DNA of 62,525 bases, the filler included, from Stramenopiles sp. TOSAG23-3 (taxonomy: Eukaryota), in NCBI GenBank assembly GCA_900128585.1. It is 18 parts of 18 records of this genome, joined end to end, with 100 filler letters (N's around TTAATTAATTAA, not from the genome) between each part and the next. Parts side by side here need not be neighbours in the genome. Positions count along the whole stretch, not along the records: positions 1 to 3,392 come from LT644251.1; positions 3,493 to 6,884 come from LT644252.1; positions 6,985 to 10,375 come from LT644253.1; 15 more parts are not named here. One strand, written 5' to 3'. Positions 1 through 10,475 of this stretch are shown here, piece by piece. Below the pieces are notes generated by a model. The model had not been told where the DNA came from and searched no databases. It worked only from the letters and a program-made list of their open reading frames with translations. The position numbers were made by a program, and so were the translations under genes. Position 1 is the first letter of the stretch; each line of letters opens with the position of its first letter.

Positions 1-1
1 C

Positions 2-2134
2 GCCTGCGGCCGAAAAGCCTGCCCGAACGAGTGCAACTACAACGGACGATGCGACCAAGGTGTCTGCCAGTGCGACGATGACCACACCGGCGAAGACTGC
101 AGCCGCCGAACCTGCCCAAAGAAGTGCAGCGGAAACGGCATTTGCGCCGTGGACCTGACCTGCCACTGCCACCAAGGCTGGATGGGCGCCGACTGTGCCA
201 CCAAAGCCTGCGCGCGTAACTGCACCGGACGTGGCATGTGCCACAACGGAACCTGCTTCTGCCGCCGCGGATGGACTGGCGTTGCTTGCGAAGTCAAGGC
301 CTGCCCGAACGAGTGCTCCAACCACGGAACGTGCCACGACGGGAAGTGCCAGTGCGACGCCGGCTACACCGATGCCGACTGCAGCCTTCAATTCTGCCCA
401 AAGAACTGCAACAACCACGGATCGTGCGTTGACAACAGCCGCTGCGTATGCGAGCCAGAGTACACTGGCGTCGGCTGCGAAGACAAGAAGTGCCCAATGG
501 ACTGCTCCAAGCATGGAGAATGCGTCCACGGCGAATGCCACTGCGCCCCAGGATGGACCGGCGAGGGCTGCTCCAAGCCAGCCTGCCCAGACGCCTGCAA
601 CTCCCGAGGAGAGTGCCTACAAGGCGCGTGCAAGTGCAAACCAGGATGGGGCGGCAAAGCCTGCGAGAAGCAGGAGTGCCCGAACCAGTGCACGTCCAAA
701 GCCAACGGGGAGTGCAACAGCGAGACCTTCGAGTGCACGTGCAAGAAAGGATGGACCGGAGAGGACTGCGGCAAAAAATCGTGCCCGGAAGACTGCAACG
801 GCCATGGACGATGCGAGGACGGCGTCTGCCTGTGCCACAACAAGTGGACTGGCGACTCGTGCAAGTTCCCAACCTGCCCGAACTCGTGCAGCGGCCACGG
901 AATGTGCATCGGCGACAAGTGCAAGTGCGACCCGAAGTTCAAGGGAGACGACTGCAGTGTCCGTCAGTGCCCGAACGCCTGCTCCGGAAACGGAGAATGC
1001 ATTGAATCTTCAATGGGGGGGAAAGGGCAGGGGCCGATGATGAATTGTCGATGCCGCTCCGGTTTTACCGGCGAAGACTGCGGGTACAAGGCGTGCCCAG
1101 AGAACTGTAACGCCCCACACGGCAACTGCAAGCTTAGCCTCTCCGCCAACGGCGACAAGGTCAGCAAGTGCATATGCGCCGAAGGCTGGGCCGGCGCAGA
1201 CTGCATGTCCAAAGGATGCGCAAAGGACTGCCAACACGGCAAGTGCTTAGACGGCAAGTGCAAGTGCGACCGTGGGTTCATGGGAGACGATTGCTCCCTT
1301 CCAGGTTGCCCAGACAACTGTAACGACCACGGTGCGTGCGACACCTCCTCCGGCGTTGCCCTGTGCAAATGCGCAGTCGGCTACCACGGCGAAGCGTGCA
1401 GCAAAAAAGATTGCCCGAACCAATGCTCCGGACACGGTGTTTGCGACATGGCCGAGTGCACGTGCAGCGAAGGCTACACCGGAAAAGATTGCAGCATGAA
1501 AGGCTGCCCATCGAATGACTTGAGCAAGATGTGCTCCGGCAACGGTCTGTGCGTCAACGGTACATGCACATGCCACGCTAACTTTTTTGGAACCGACTGC
1601 GGCCACAAGAAATGCCCGAAAGATTGCTCTGGCCACGGTACGTGCGACACGATGACTGGTAAATGCAACTGCAAGGCCTGCAAGAACTGCGCCCAATCCT
1701 GGGGCGGAGCCGCCTGCGACGTTCGCGCGTGCCCAGACGACTGCAACAAGAACGGTGTATGCCACGAAGCCACCGGCAAGTGCCAGTGCAAGGCTGGGTT
1801 CGCCGGAACTGCCTGTGAAGTGAAATTGTGCCCCAACAGTTGTTCCAACAACGGTCTGTGCGCCAACGGAGTATGCGTATGCTTCGATGGATGGCGTGGA
1901 ATGAACTGTTCCATTAGTATGAAAGTGACTAGCCCCGTTGCAAAAATCGAAAAGTTTACGACTGAGGAATGCGTCGATAAATGCGTCGACACCTGCATTA
2001 CCCAATGCGCCAAGTCTGACAAATCTACCACGCACTGTGTCCAAAACTGCCACACCCCATGCGTTGCGAGCTGCAACAAACGGAAGGCAGCCGAGTTCAT
2101 GCATGTGGCGCCACCAGTGCAAAAAAGGATATAG
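2..2134 (+). CDS. Tenascin/teneurin-type tandem EGF-like repeat protein, 5'-truncated
   Basis: Frame is open from position 2. About 20 copies of CPxxCxxxGxCxxGxCxCxxGWxGxDC, followed by a Cys-rich CxxxC tail. Stop TAG at 2134. Confidence 0.92.
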   Translation, partial: ACGRKACPNECNYNGRCDQGVCQCDDDHTGEDCSRRTCPKKCSGNGICAVDLTCHCHQGWMGADCATKACARNCTGRGMCHNGTCFCRRGWTGVACEVKACPNECSNHGTCHDGKCQCDAGYTDADCSLQFCPKNCNNHGSCVDNSRCVCEPEYTGVGCEDKKCPMDCSKHGECVHGECHCAPGWTGEGCSKPACPDACNSRGECLQGACKCKPGWGGKACEKQECPNQCTSKANGECNSETFECTCKKGWTGEDCGKKSCPEDCNGHGRCEDGVCLCHNKWTGDSCKFPTCPNSCSGHGMCIGDKCKCDPKFKGDDCSVRQCPNACSGNGECIESSMGGKGQGPMMNCRCRSGFTGEDCGYKACPENCNAPHGNCKLSLSANGDKVSKCICAEGWAGADCMSKGCAKDCQHGKCLDGKCKCDRGFMGDDCSLPGCPDNCNDHGACDTSSGVALCKCAVGYHGEACSKKDCPNQCSGHGVCDMAECTCSEGYTGKDCSMKGCPSNDLSKMCSGNGLCVNGTCTCHANFFGTDCGHKKCPKDCSGHGTCDTMTGKCNCKACKNCAQSWGGAACDVRACPDDCNKNGVCHEATGKCQCKAGFAGTACEVKLCPNSCSNNGLCANGVCVCFDGWRGMNCSISMKVTSPVAKIEKFTTEECVDKCVDTCITQCAKSDKSTTHCVQNCHTPCVASCNKRKAAEFMHVAPPVQKRI

Positions 2135-2558
2135 TGTGTTTTAGTAGTGCGGTGGAAATAATTTTAGAGATGGATGTGATGAGGAGAACCGGACACGTCA
2201 GCGTGATAGTGGACTGTAAGGAGAGAGAGAGGTTTTAGACTGATTTATTAATTTGTAGTCCAATGAAAATAATATATTAATATTAAAAAAATAAACACGC
2301 GCGTAAATTGTACCGATACGAAATACCTGACGAGTAAGAGCTCGTACTCGCAGAGATGTCCCGGGCCCCTTGCACGAGTTTCGCGACGGAGTTTGATCGT
2401 GTCATTTATTGCTGTGAGAGTGTTCAAAACTTTATATTTCTACACTACAGATATGCAAAAAATTAATGTTGTTAAAATGAACAAAATATTTTGTAACTTT
2501 CCCTATTATTTTGTAGGAAAATCGAACACCAATCACACAAACGGACCCACAGCGCTCC

Positions 2559-3392
2559 TTATCCCTGCTCTTTCCCAACCCACGCATCGATGCGCACCCT
2601 GCGTTTCTTACTAGCGGCCGTTAGCAACTTCATTTGGTCCATCACTTCGTTCATCATTGCCACCCCACGCTGCGCGCTAGTCCGACGGGTGGTTTCCTCG
2701 ACTTCCTTCATTTCCCGCATGCGTTGGAGCAACACGGCCAGCTCGCGCTTGAGAAGCTGGCGCTCTTTTCTAATCTTCTGCATTTCGTGCGCCTTCACCT
2801 CTTTGTCCCGGTGCTGGCGCCACTTGTGGAACGCGAGGAAGACGCCAAACAGTTGCCTGGACTTGTCCAAATCTTTCTGCATCTGAGCATACTTTTCGCG
2901 CTCTATCTCGACCCGGTCCATGTTGACCCGGAGCTTCAGCCGCCCCCGCCGCAGCGCGTCCGCCCGCTGCTTTGCCTGGGAATGCAATTTCCAACGGGAG
3001 AACGCGTCCCGCGTGGAATGTCTAGACCGAACCAGCAGAACGGCGCATATTTTGTCCCTGCCGTACCGGATGCTCGTTTTCAGCAGCCGCCCGCGCAGAA
3101 TCTCGCGGTTGTAGTGCAGCCGGTGCTTCGCTCGTTCCTGGTCGTTGGTCATGCCTTCAATCTTTTGAAGCAGCGCTTGCCGCTCCTGCACTGTGGCCTC
3201 TAACGCCGTCTTGACCATCATATTGTACTGTAACTTGTTGAACCCTCTTCTGCACTGGTGCGTGTACGCCTTGTTAAAGACGCTGCGGAACAGCGTCGGG
3301 GCGACTTTTGCGCTGTCGGTGCGAACACGGTTCCCCTCGCCAACGACGACTTTGGTCATGCTTTCTACGACACAGTTCACCCGCCAGTGGTG
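2559..3392 (-). CDS. Coiled-coil hypothetical protein with Sfi1-like (FxxW) segments, 5'-truncated
   Basis: Open frame to the contig edge. Charged helical sequence with AFSRWK and AFHKWR motifs. Confidence 0.65.
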   Translation of the reverse strand, partial: HHWRVNCVVESMTKVVVGEGNRVRTDSAKVAPTLFRSVFNKAYTHQCRRGFNKLQYNMMVKTALEATVQERQALLQKIEGMTNDQERAKHRLHYNREILRGRLLKTSIRYGRDKICAVLLVRSRHSTRDAFSRWKLHSQAKQRADALRRGRLKLRVNMDRVEIEREKYAQMQKDLDKSRQLFGVFLAFHKWRQHRDKEVKAHEMQKIRKERQLLKRELAVLLQRMREMKEVEETTRRTSAQRGVAMMNEVMDQMKLLTAASKKRRVRIDAWVGKEQG

Positions 3393-3492
3393 NNNNNNNN
3401 NNNNNNNNNNNNNNNNNNNNNNNNNNNNNNNNNNNNTTAATTAATTAANNNNNNNNNNNNNNNNNNNNNNNNNNNNNNNNNNNNNNNNNNNN
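3393..3492. other. Artificial contig linker N-TTAATTAATTAA-N. Further copies start at 6885, 10376, 13866, 17352, 20834, 24314, 27794, 31273, 34751, 38228, 41704, 45179, 48653, 52122, 55590 and 59058
   Basis: Identical 100-nt spacer with six-frame stops. Contig lengths fall monotonically from 3392 to 3368 nt, i.e. length-sorted concatenation. Confidence 0.99.
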
Positions 3493-3700
3493 AAGGGGCT
3501 CGTTGTCTGTGGTACTGCTCAATGAAATAATGATCGGTATTGAGTTTGATCGTTTCGTGTTCGTATACACAAACAAATGTAAGTGTACCTTCTGAGAATC
3601 CTAAACGGCTAGGCCGGTCAGCGATTTCCAGGACATATTCGTATTGTCTCTCCCAAGTTCTGGTCAAGATTTTCACATAAAATTTAAATGCACTTTGCAT
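3493..3700 (-). CDS. Hypothetical protein N-terminus, 3'-truncated
   Basis: ATG at 3700 after an AT-rich upstream region. Frame is open to the contig edge. Confidence 0.4.
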
Positions 3701-4352
3701 TTTGTTGTTTTACGATACTGTTCAATAGTTTACTCAATTTCAGTTTTTATTTACCGCGAATAAATTTATGTCAACAAAGAAGAAGATAATATATCATTAG
3801 TTTTTTTTATAATTTAGATATTTAAAACATACTTGATTTAAAATGAGAGTCTTAAAACATACTATATAATTTATTTTTTTAAAAACATATACTATATATA
3901 TCATTAGTTTTTTTTATTTGGTTTTTTTTATAATAATTTAGATATTAAAACTTATGTTTTTACAAATCTAGCCGCTGTTTAAACTTTTGTGATAACGTGG
4001 AGACTGATTCTGCAAGTAACTCTGATAAGTTGAAGAAGTGAATTACTCGCAGGAGTCTCCAAAAATTGGAGAAACTTTGAGTGGGAGAAGGATCGATTTG
4101 TTTACTACTGATCACTTCTATAAAAAAAGCTCATTGGAACGTAACAATTGACAAACAACGAAAATTACAACAACAAAAAAACATGATGATATTACTAATA
4201 AAAAAAAAACATTATTACTTGGAAAAACAATCTTAGATTTCAAAGAATCAATTGACGGATAGAAAGCGAGACTCTTTAAAGCATACTACATAATATGTTC
4301 GTATAATTTAGATAAACTGAATTAGTTTTTGTTTTCATTTAATAAATATCCT

Positions 4353-4484
4353 ATGTACCGCCCTCCTGAAGTCCTCTTGCTACACGCGTTCAGGGACACC
4401 GTGAACGAGCAACCACTTCGTAATTTACGTAAATACCGGTACATTGATAATTGGTCGAGCACTGGCATTCGAGGAAGAGAGTAA
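4353..4484 (+). pseudogene. Isolated Ser/Thr protein kinase fragment (subdomains VIII-IX-like)
   Basis: Translates as MYRPPEVLLLHAF...YIDNWSS, resembling YRPPE(L/V)LL and DxWS kinase motifs. It sits in AT-rich intergenic DNA. Confidence 0.4.
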
Positions 4485-4560
4485 AATTGATTCAACTGAC
4501 GCACCTCGTGTTATTTTATGAAAAAACGAATTATTATATGATATTTAAATGAGGTAAAAC

Positions 4561-6300
4561 CTATTGTAATATTTCGCTTTTTCCGCTCGGGGCTGCCATG
4601 GCTTCTTCTTCCAATGCGAGTTCAGGAACAGCGAGTTCAGGAATATCTATAGGAGCAGCGTCGGTCTGACCTGCATCTTTTGCCGTCTCGGTTGGTGGCT
4701 GCTCTGACGTCTTCGGCTGCTCTGGGGCAGCCTTTCCCTTTTCCGGAATCTTAGGCTCTTCTGGCGCGCCAGCATCGTCGGGTAATTTCACTTCGTCCGA
4801 AGGGATCTGCGATCGGGACATCAGCTTGTATTGCGCAGAACCATTCGATTTGGCCTGGTATTGTTTAATTTTGACGGTCTGGTCCCACAGGCAGTCGTTG
4901 CTGTGTTGCAACGCGGCCGCCAGGAACTCGTCTTTGTCGCGGTAGTTGACACCCTGCGTGATGATCTCGTTCACAACTATAGAATATGCTTCCGTCACAG
5001 ACTTGATCGGCAAGAACCCGTTCAGTTTCAGGTTCCCCCCTATCTGCTCGGGGATTTTACTTTTGTCGCCACCCACAATAGACCCGACGACGTCTAGGTA
5101 ATCTTCGTCGTACAGCTCTACCGTTTCCCGAAACCTATGGGGAAGGAAAGGCGACAATGCGGTCCACATCGCATTGACGGCCCAGCCGGAGTTGATGATC
5201 AGACACTTTTCCATCGTGTCGGGATACAGCGTCTGACAACTGTTCATCACGGCCAATATAGTGGAGATGTACCCAAGCGACGCGACGGAGATGTCCAGCC
5301 CGTCGATGATCGTCATCGACCTGCACTCTTTCGAACTTTGCTCAAAAAACCTCCAGGCATCCTCTGCAAACAACATGTGGGTCATCTTCATGCACTCAAG
5401 CGCGTACTCGTCACGCGACAGCCCTTCCCAGTCCGCCTTTCCAACGCACGCCACCCCTATTAACCCACCGTTCACGTTCAGATAGGGCAGGAAGTCGGCG
5501 TAAAACATCAAACTACCCAGCCGTGCCCGGGCCGACAAGGGCAGCCCGTTCTGGCCTTTCCACTCGTTATGAATCGTCGTCGCCATGCCCAGGACAAACC
5601 GGAACTGGACATGGTCTCGAAACATTTTCTCTGCGTCCGCAAGGGGTTTTTTGCTATATTGGTGGTACAGTAGAAATTTGTGAAGCACCTCGTCGTCCTC
5701 GACCATTTCGATGACCCGCGGGTGCATCGGGACGGTCTCCCCCAGCATGACCAGGTCCCGCAGCCCGTACCGAAGCAGGGCAATTTGGTTCTTCTGCTGG
5801 ACAAGCTTCTCGCGTGTATATGCTTCGGGCGTGCTGCGGCCGCGAGCGGCGTTAGTCCGTGCGCTGCCCCTTTCCGCCATGACGCGCATGGCGTTGAGCA
5901 TGGCAGCATTACTCGTCACTTGACTGGGGGGCTCTGGGGCGTCTTGCGCCGTTCCTGGCGGCGCCGAAGTATATTTCCCCTGCTCTTCCACTGGGCGTGT
6001 TGTTTGTGTTCTATCGTCGGCAGGGGAAGCGGGGGCCTCCTCTGCCAACGCTTCGCTCGAAGACGCAGGAGGTCCTGCGGGCGCCACTGCCTGGCCCTCC
6101 CTTACTATGCTATCGGCAACCGCCGCTGGCGCACGCTGGCTGTCACTACTCTCGTCCATGCTAGAATCTCCTCCTTCGTCCTCGTCCTCACGTCTGCTAC
6201 CACCCAGGGCCAGTAAAGTTGAGCGAGAGGGTTCCCTACCTTCCCCCGCCGTTTGGTGGATATTTATTGTCTTAAATACAACAACAACTTGAACAATCAA
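4561..6300 (-). CDS. CRAL-TRIO (Sec14-like) lipid-binding protein. True start uncertain; first in-frame ATG is at 6159
   Basis: IIDGLDIS...YPDTMEKCLIINSGWAVNAMWTALSPFLP...IPEQIGG Sec14 signature. Acidic/Pro-rich termini. Confidence 0.85.
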   Translation of the reverse strand: MIVQVVVVFKTINIHQTAGEGREPSRSTLLALGGSRREDEDEGGDSSMDESSDSQRAPAAVADSIVREGQAVAPAGPPASSSEALAEEAPASPADDRTQTTRPVEEQGKYTSAPPGTAQDAPEPPSQVTSNAAMLNAMRVMAERGSARTNAARGRSTPEAYTREKLVQQKNQIALLRYGLRDLVMLGETVPMHPRVIEMVEDDEVLHKFLLYHQYSKKPLADAEKMFRDHVQFRFVLGMATTIHNEWKGQNGLPLSARARLGSLMFYADFLPYLNVNGGLIGVACVGKADWEGLSRDEYALECMKMTHMLFAEDAWRFFEQSSKECRSMTIIDGLDISVASLGYISTILAVMNSCQTLYPDTMEKCLIINSGWAVNAMWTALSPFLPHRFRETVELYDEDYLDVVGSIVGGDKSKIPEQIGGNLKLNGFLPIKSVTEAYSIVVNEIITQGVNYRDKDEFLAAALQHSNDCLWDQTVKIKQYQAKSNGSAQYKLMSRSQIPSDEVKLPDDAGAPEEPKIPEKGKAAPEQPKTSEQPPTETAKDAGQTDAAPIDIPELAVPELALEEEAMAAPSGKSEILQ

Positions 6301-7266
6301 AAGAGTGACGTCAAGGACTGCCTGTAGTACCCATTTAAATACTGGAATGTTTAAAGTGTTCTCTGTTCCCTTTCACATTCACTTTCAGTACGAACCAACT
6401 TCCCACACAAACGTAACACCCTGGGTCTGGGGTCCCATGCCCCATACTCCTCTTCCTCTTTTTATTATAAATAATATAATAATAAAATAATAACAAAAAA
6501 AAGGGCAGGCACGACGGGGCGACGCGAGAAGGTGCGGCTGCTGCTTGCCTATATTTATTTTTTTCGTTGCCCAGTACGGTATTATTATATTAGTACGGTA
6601 TATTGTATTATTATATGATACATATTACCTATTAGAATGGATTATAGATCGATTTCTCTCCTTCCTCCTGATGCTATACCATGTATTTTATAAAGTAATA
6701 CTTCCTTTTTCGATTCTTTTTCTTTCTTCATTTTTTCTTCATTTTCTTCCTCCTTTCTTTCGTTTTTATCCAATATTATTCCTATTCTGTGATCGTTCTT
6801 CTTTTCTGTCGTTGTTGCAAATTGGATTACAGGAACACAGAATAGTCCAATCCTCCCCCCCCCCTCCCCTCCCCTCTCCCCTCTNNNNNNNNNNNNNNNN
6901 NNNNNNNNNNNNNNNNNNNNNNNNNNNNTTAATTAATTAANNNNNNNNNNNNNNNNNNNNNNNNNNNNNNNNNNNNNNNNNNNNAAACACTTGAAAAAAA
7001 TAAAAATATTCTGCAAGGGCGTGCGTGGGTTGGGAGAAGTGGTGAGAGACTTCAACACATATGTGTGTTTATATAAATGTAGAATAGTTTTTGTTTTATA
7101 GAATTTTAACAGGACGATTTTCTCAGGTAAGTTTTTCTCGAATACATTCTTAAACTTACCTCGTTAAATTTTTAACTAAACAACCAAAACATTCTAGAAA
7201 AACAAACAGCTTTTAATCGCAACCAACGCTGTCCCCATCCATCGGTAGACCACACTTCGCACCAGC

Positions 7267-10200
7267 ATGTCCTCGCAGAAAAGAATTTTGAAAGAGCTGA
7301 GCTCTATTTGGTCTCAACAATACCCTGTTCAACAAGCTCCCAATGCTGATGTTGAATTATCCGGGGTAAAACGACGTGCCTTTGTCGTGCATGCCAATGA
7401 CCTGCGCTTGTGGCACGTCACGTTTCGGAACAATGCAAACCCGACTGTGCCGTTTACGTCGCTTCACGCAGCAATTACGTTCCCAGAGACGTACCCTAGC
7501 GTGCCCCCTGTGGTCAAATTTTTTACCATGTTGCCGCACCCGAACCTAGTGCAAGAATTAGATGAAGAATTGAACACAAATTCTAGGTTTTGCATGCCGC
7601 TCCTGGATGTGAACCCAGGCTCAGCGTTTTCGGGGTGGTCCTCCGCGATCCAAATGTCGGGGCTTTTGACGCAAATAGCCTCGATGATTTTTGACAGCGA
7701 TTTGATGTTTTGCGTATCGAAAATCCCGCTTGCCACGGCTGCTGCAAATGCCTTGGCCTTTCACTGCGAACACTGTAGCCCGGGCGGACGTTCACTGGAA
7801 CTATTTAATTCCTGGTCCCAGCGGCGAGAAGGGGGCGTCGACAACGAGTGCAGAACCAATTTCTCTGTCGCCCTGCCCTCCGTAACTCGAACACGGTGTT
7901 ATGGTGAGTTCAAGGTACCAATCGTGTCCCGACGTGTGTCGGCTCCCCAGAAAGCGCAACGGGCGTGGGCTACTGTGGGAACGAAATCAGACCCATGCTC
8001 GGCGCCACAAAGGGGGGGTATTGGAGCCAGGAAATTGCCCCCGCCGCCGAAAGAAGCATCGGTGGAGGCGAACGAGGGTGTCCCTTCTCCGAAATGGAAG
8101 AGCGTAAAGAAGAAGAGTGACACGATCATAAAAATGACGCCCTGTCACATTTGTGAGCGCAAGTTTCCCCTCAACTTTTTCAGCAAAAAACAGCAGCGCG
8201 TATTCTTGAAAAAAAAAATGAAGCCTGTGTGCCGCGCCTGCAAAAGCCTTGGGCATAGAGATAGAGAGGCACGCGGGGGAAGGGGGCGGGGGATGGTCCC
8301 AGCGAAGAAAAGGAAAGGGCTCAGCAAATTCTCCGGAAACGAGATGATGCATATTTTCATGTTCCTGGGGCCAACAGAGGCTTGTAAAATGGCGACCGTG
8401 TCGAAGCTTTGCAAGCAGCTGTTGAACTACCCGATCCTATGGAAAGGGTTTCTTTCTCGGCATTTGAGAGCATCTGGCCAAAGCCACGGCCATCTCCCAT
8501 CGCATCCCATGAGTGTCGATTGGAAACGCGTCTATGCCTTGACTGTAGGGAACCGGATGGACCATCTTAAGTGCTTTCATACCCTGCAGGACTTCAAGGA
8601 AAGTGTGCTCGGGTACCCGGTCGCGTTCACGGTTAACCCGAAGACGAGACAATCGGATTACATTTTGGCAACACCCGACGTTCTGTCACACCACGCGTTT
8701 ACCGATGGTGTTTGCACCACAATTGGGAACGAACCGTTTGATGAGTTCTTCCCCATGTATATTTGTAAGGATCACTTCAAACGGGCCTTGCCGATTTTGA
8801 CGAAGTTCATAGCAAAGCTTGCGGAGCCGAACATGTTCAAACCAACATTCACCCCAGAGCTGGTCCTTGACGTGATCCCTCGCATACTGAAGACGATGGT
8901 CGTTTTGTTGGCAAACGGGGGGCTTCAGCTTACTTCTCGGGTGTTGAACACGCTCATCTCCATTTTTCGCGTTCTTGTCGCGTGCGTCGACGAATTTCCT
9001 TGTCTGAAAGACATTGCAAAAACGCGGTTGAGGAAGTTCATGGGCCACCCAATGAACCGCACCAAAGACGTGATTCCCAGTATTGGGACAATGTGGTGGC
9101 TGCTCGCGATCTGCCCGGAGGTGGACGTGCACGCTTTCAACCAAAAGTATTTTTTTGAATCGATCGACCGGTCGGCTCTGTGGGTTTTGCGAGACAGTCC
9201 ACTGCTGGAAAGGATGTGCACCGAGCGGCAGAGCGGGGCACACCCATTCGTGTTGGACGCATGGCTGAAACAACGATGCGCCGGCTCCAATCGCATTCAC
9301 ATGATCCACTGGACCATTGTGAACGAAATCTGTAGGCCAGGGGGGAAATCAGTTGCTGATACCATGGAACGGTACGATTGGATGCTTGGAGGTGGTACGA
9401 AGAGCCTGCACCGAACAATGAAGGACCGCTTGACGCCAATTCTGGAGTCTTCTCCTGAGTCCACGCCATGGGCGCACTATTTCAAGCAGGTCGAGTTTGT
9501 GGACAAAGCTGGCAACCCGCCGTCGGAAGCGCTGCTGACGAAGTGGTTTATGCAAGCAGTAAAGAATTCCGAGAGCAGAAACTACCACACCAAGGGCATG
9601 GATTTTTCACAAGTTCACCGCAATGGGCAGAGCAAGCTATTGAACAGGGGTCAATCGTGTTCTTTGAGCACCTCGGGAAACATTAGAATCGTGGACACAT
9701 GGCATTGGAAGGGTGAGAGAAAATTCCTGGATGTCTCTTTGCTGTTCTTTGACACAAAAGGGCGCATCAGTCGAGCTACCACGTCCCGGGCTACAGGGAA
9801 CAGTGCAGGTATCCAAAACCATATCTTGGACTATCGCAACACGCAATTGTTCAGAGGGGCAGCACAACATTCTGGCGACCAAATAGACGATGTTGAGCAA
9901 CGCGGCACGCATTCAGTTGACCTGCGCTTGCACGGTTTACCGCAGCACATCAAGTACATTTACATTGTCTTGTCTGCGTGGGATTCTGCACGGCTAAAGG
10001 ATATTCTCCTCCCATCGGTTGGCTGCATTGATAGCAAAACTGGCACAGAGATATGTCGGTACTCGTATAAGGAGAAGGAAAGCGTCAACTCTCAGGTGAA
10101 GAATATAGTCATGTGCCGTGTGTGGCGACCGTCTGCGGGTGCGGCCTGGAAATTTGAAGCGCTAGGCTCTGAGGGTAGCGCGGGTCACGCGGATAGCTAT

Positions 10201-10320
10201 GGCCCAATTGAGCAGAAAATCTGCGCAGAGTTACGCGAGGAAGTAAAGGACAGTTATGTCAACTCTCACCCCATGAGCCTTTTTGCACACAGAACAAGAA
10301 AGAAAAAAGTTACAAATTGA
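7267..10320 (+). CDS. Multidomain ubiquitin-system protein: UBC/E2 + C4 zinc finger (Stc1-like) + F-box + helical domain + TerD-like domain
   Basis: KRILKEL...FPETYPSVPPVVKF...HPN...FCMPLL...GWSSA (E2). CHIC...FSKKQ...CRAC (zinc finger). EMMHIFMFL...VSKLCKQL...LWK (F-box). LDVSLLFFD...HSGD...WKFEALG (TerD-like). Confidence 0.82.
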   Translation: MSSQKRILKELSSIWSQQYPVQQAPNADVELSGVKRRAFVVHANDLRLWHVTFRNNANPTVPFTSLHAAITFPETYPSVPPVVKFFTMLPHPNLVQELDEELNTNSRFCMPLLDVNPGSAFSGWSSAIQMSGLLTQIASMIFDSDLMFCVSKIPLATAAANALAFHCEHCSPGGRSLELFNSWSQRREGGVDNECRTNFSVALPSVTRTRCYGEFKVPIVSRRVSAPQKAQRAWATVGTKSDPCSAPQRGGIGARKLPPPPKEASVEANEGVPSPKWKSVKKKSDTIIKMTPCHICERKFPLNFFSKKQQRVFLKKKMKPVCRACKSLGHRDREARGGRGRGMVPAKKRKGLSKFSGNEMMHIFMFLGPTEACKMATVSKLCKQLLNYPILWKGFLSRHLRASGQSHGHLPSHPMSVDWKRVYALTVGNRMDHLKCFHTLQDFKESVLGYPVAFTVNPKTRQSDYILATPDVLSHHAFTDGVCTTIGNEPFDEFFPMYICKDHFKRALPILTKFIAKLAEPNMFKPTFTPELVLDVIPRILKTMVVLLANGGLQLTSRVLNTLISIFRVLVACVDEFPCLKDIAKTRLRKFMGHPMNRTKDVIPSIGTMWWLLAICPEVDVHAFNQKYFFESIDRSALWVLRDSPLLERMCTERQSGAHPFVLDAWLKQRCAGSNRIHMIHWTIVNEICRPGGKSVADTMERYDWMLGGGTKSLHRTMKDRLTPILESSPESTPWAHYFKQVEFVDKAGNPPSEALLTKWFMQAVKNSESRNYHTKGMDFSQVHRNGQSKLLNRGQSCSLSTSGNIRIVDTWHWKGERKFLDVSLLFFDTKGRISRATTSRATGNSAGIQNHILDYRNTQLFRGAAQHSGDQIDDVEQRGTHSVDLRLHGLPQHIKYIYIVLSAWDSARLKDILLPSVGCIDSKTGTEICRYSYKEKESVNSQVKNIVMCRVWRPSAGAAWKFEALGSEGSAGHADSYGPIEQKICAELREEVKDSYVNSHPMSLFAHRTRKKKVTN

Positions 10321-10475
10321 GAAGTTCTAATGTGCTGGAGGAGGCTCGTTTTTGAAAGCAAATTCTATTATTTTTNNNNNNNNNNNNNNNNNNNNNNNNN
10401 NNNNNNNNNNNNNNNNNNNTTAATTAATTAANNNNNNNNNNNNNNNNNNNNNNNNNNNNNNNNNNNNNNNNNNNN

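Noticed and set aside
195-2122. Many long overlapping alternative-frame and antisense ORFs over GC-rich genes (also 18292-20885, 22274-24081)
   Set aside because: Shadow ORFs caused by high GC3 and repetitive coding sequence; no recognisable motifs.
3393-3492. Regularly spaced TTAATTAATTAA repeats about every 3.48 kb
   Set aside because: Artificial linkers in N runs joining length-sorted contigs. Gene adjacency across them (e.g. sulfatase/channel) has no meaning.
6301-6444. Upstream in-frame ATG separated from the CRAL-TRIO ORF by three TGA codons, suggesting stop-codon reassignment or selenocysteine
   Set aside because: TGA ends several clear genes here (10320, 19495, 42801, 47561) and no conserved gene has an internal TGA. 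More likely UTR or an intron.
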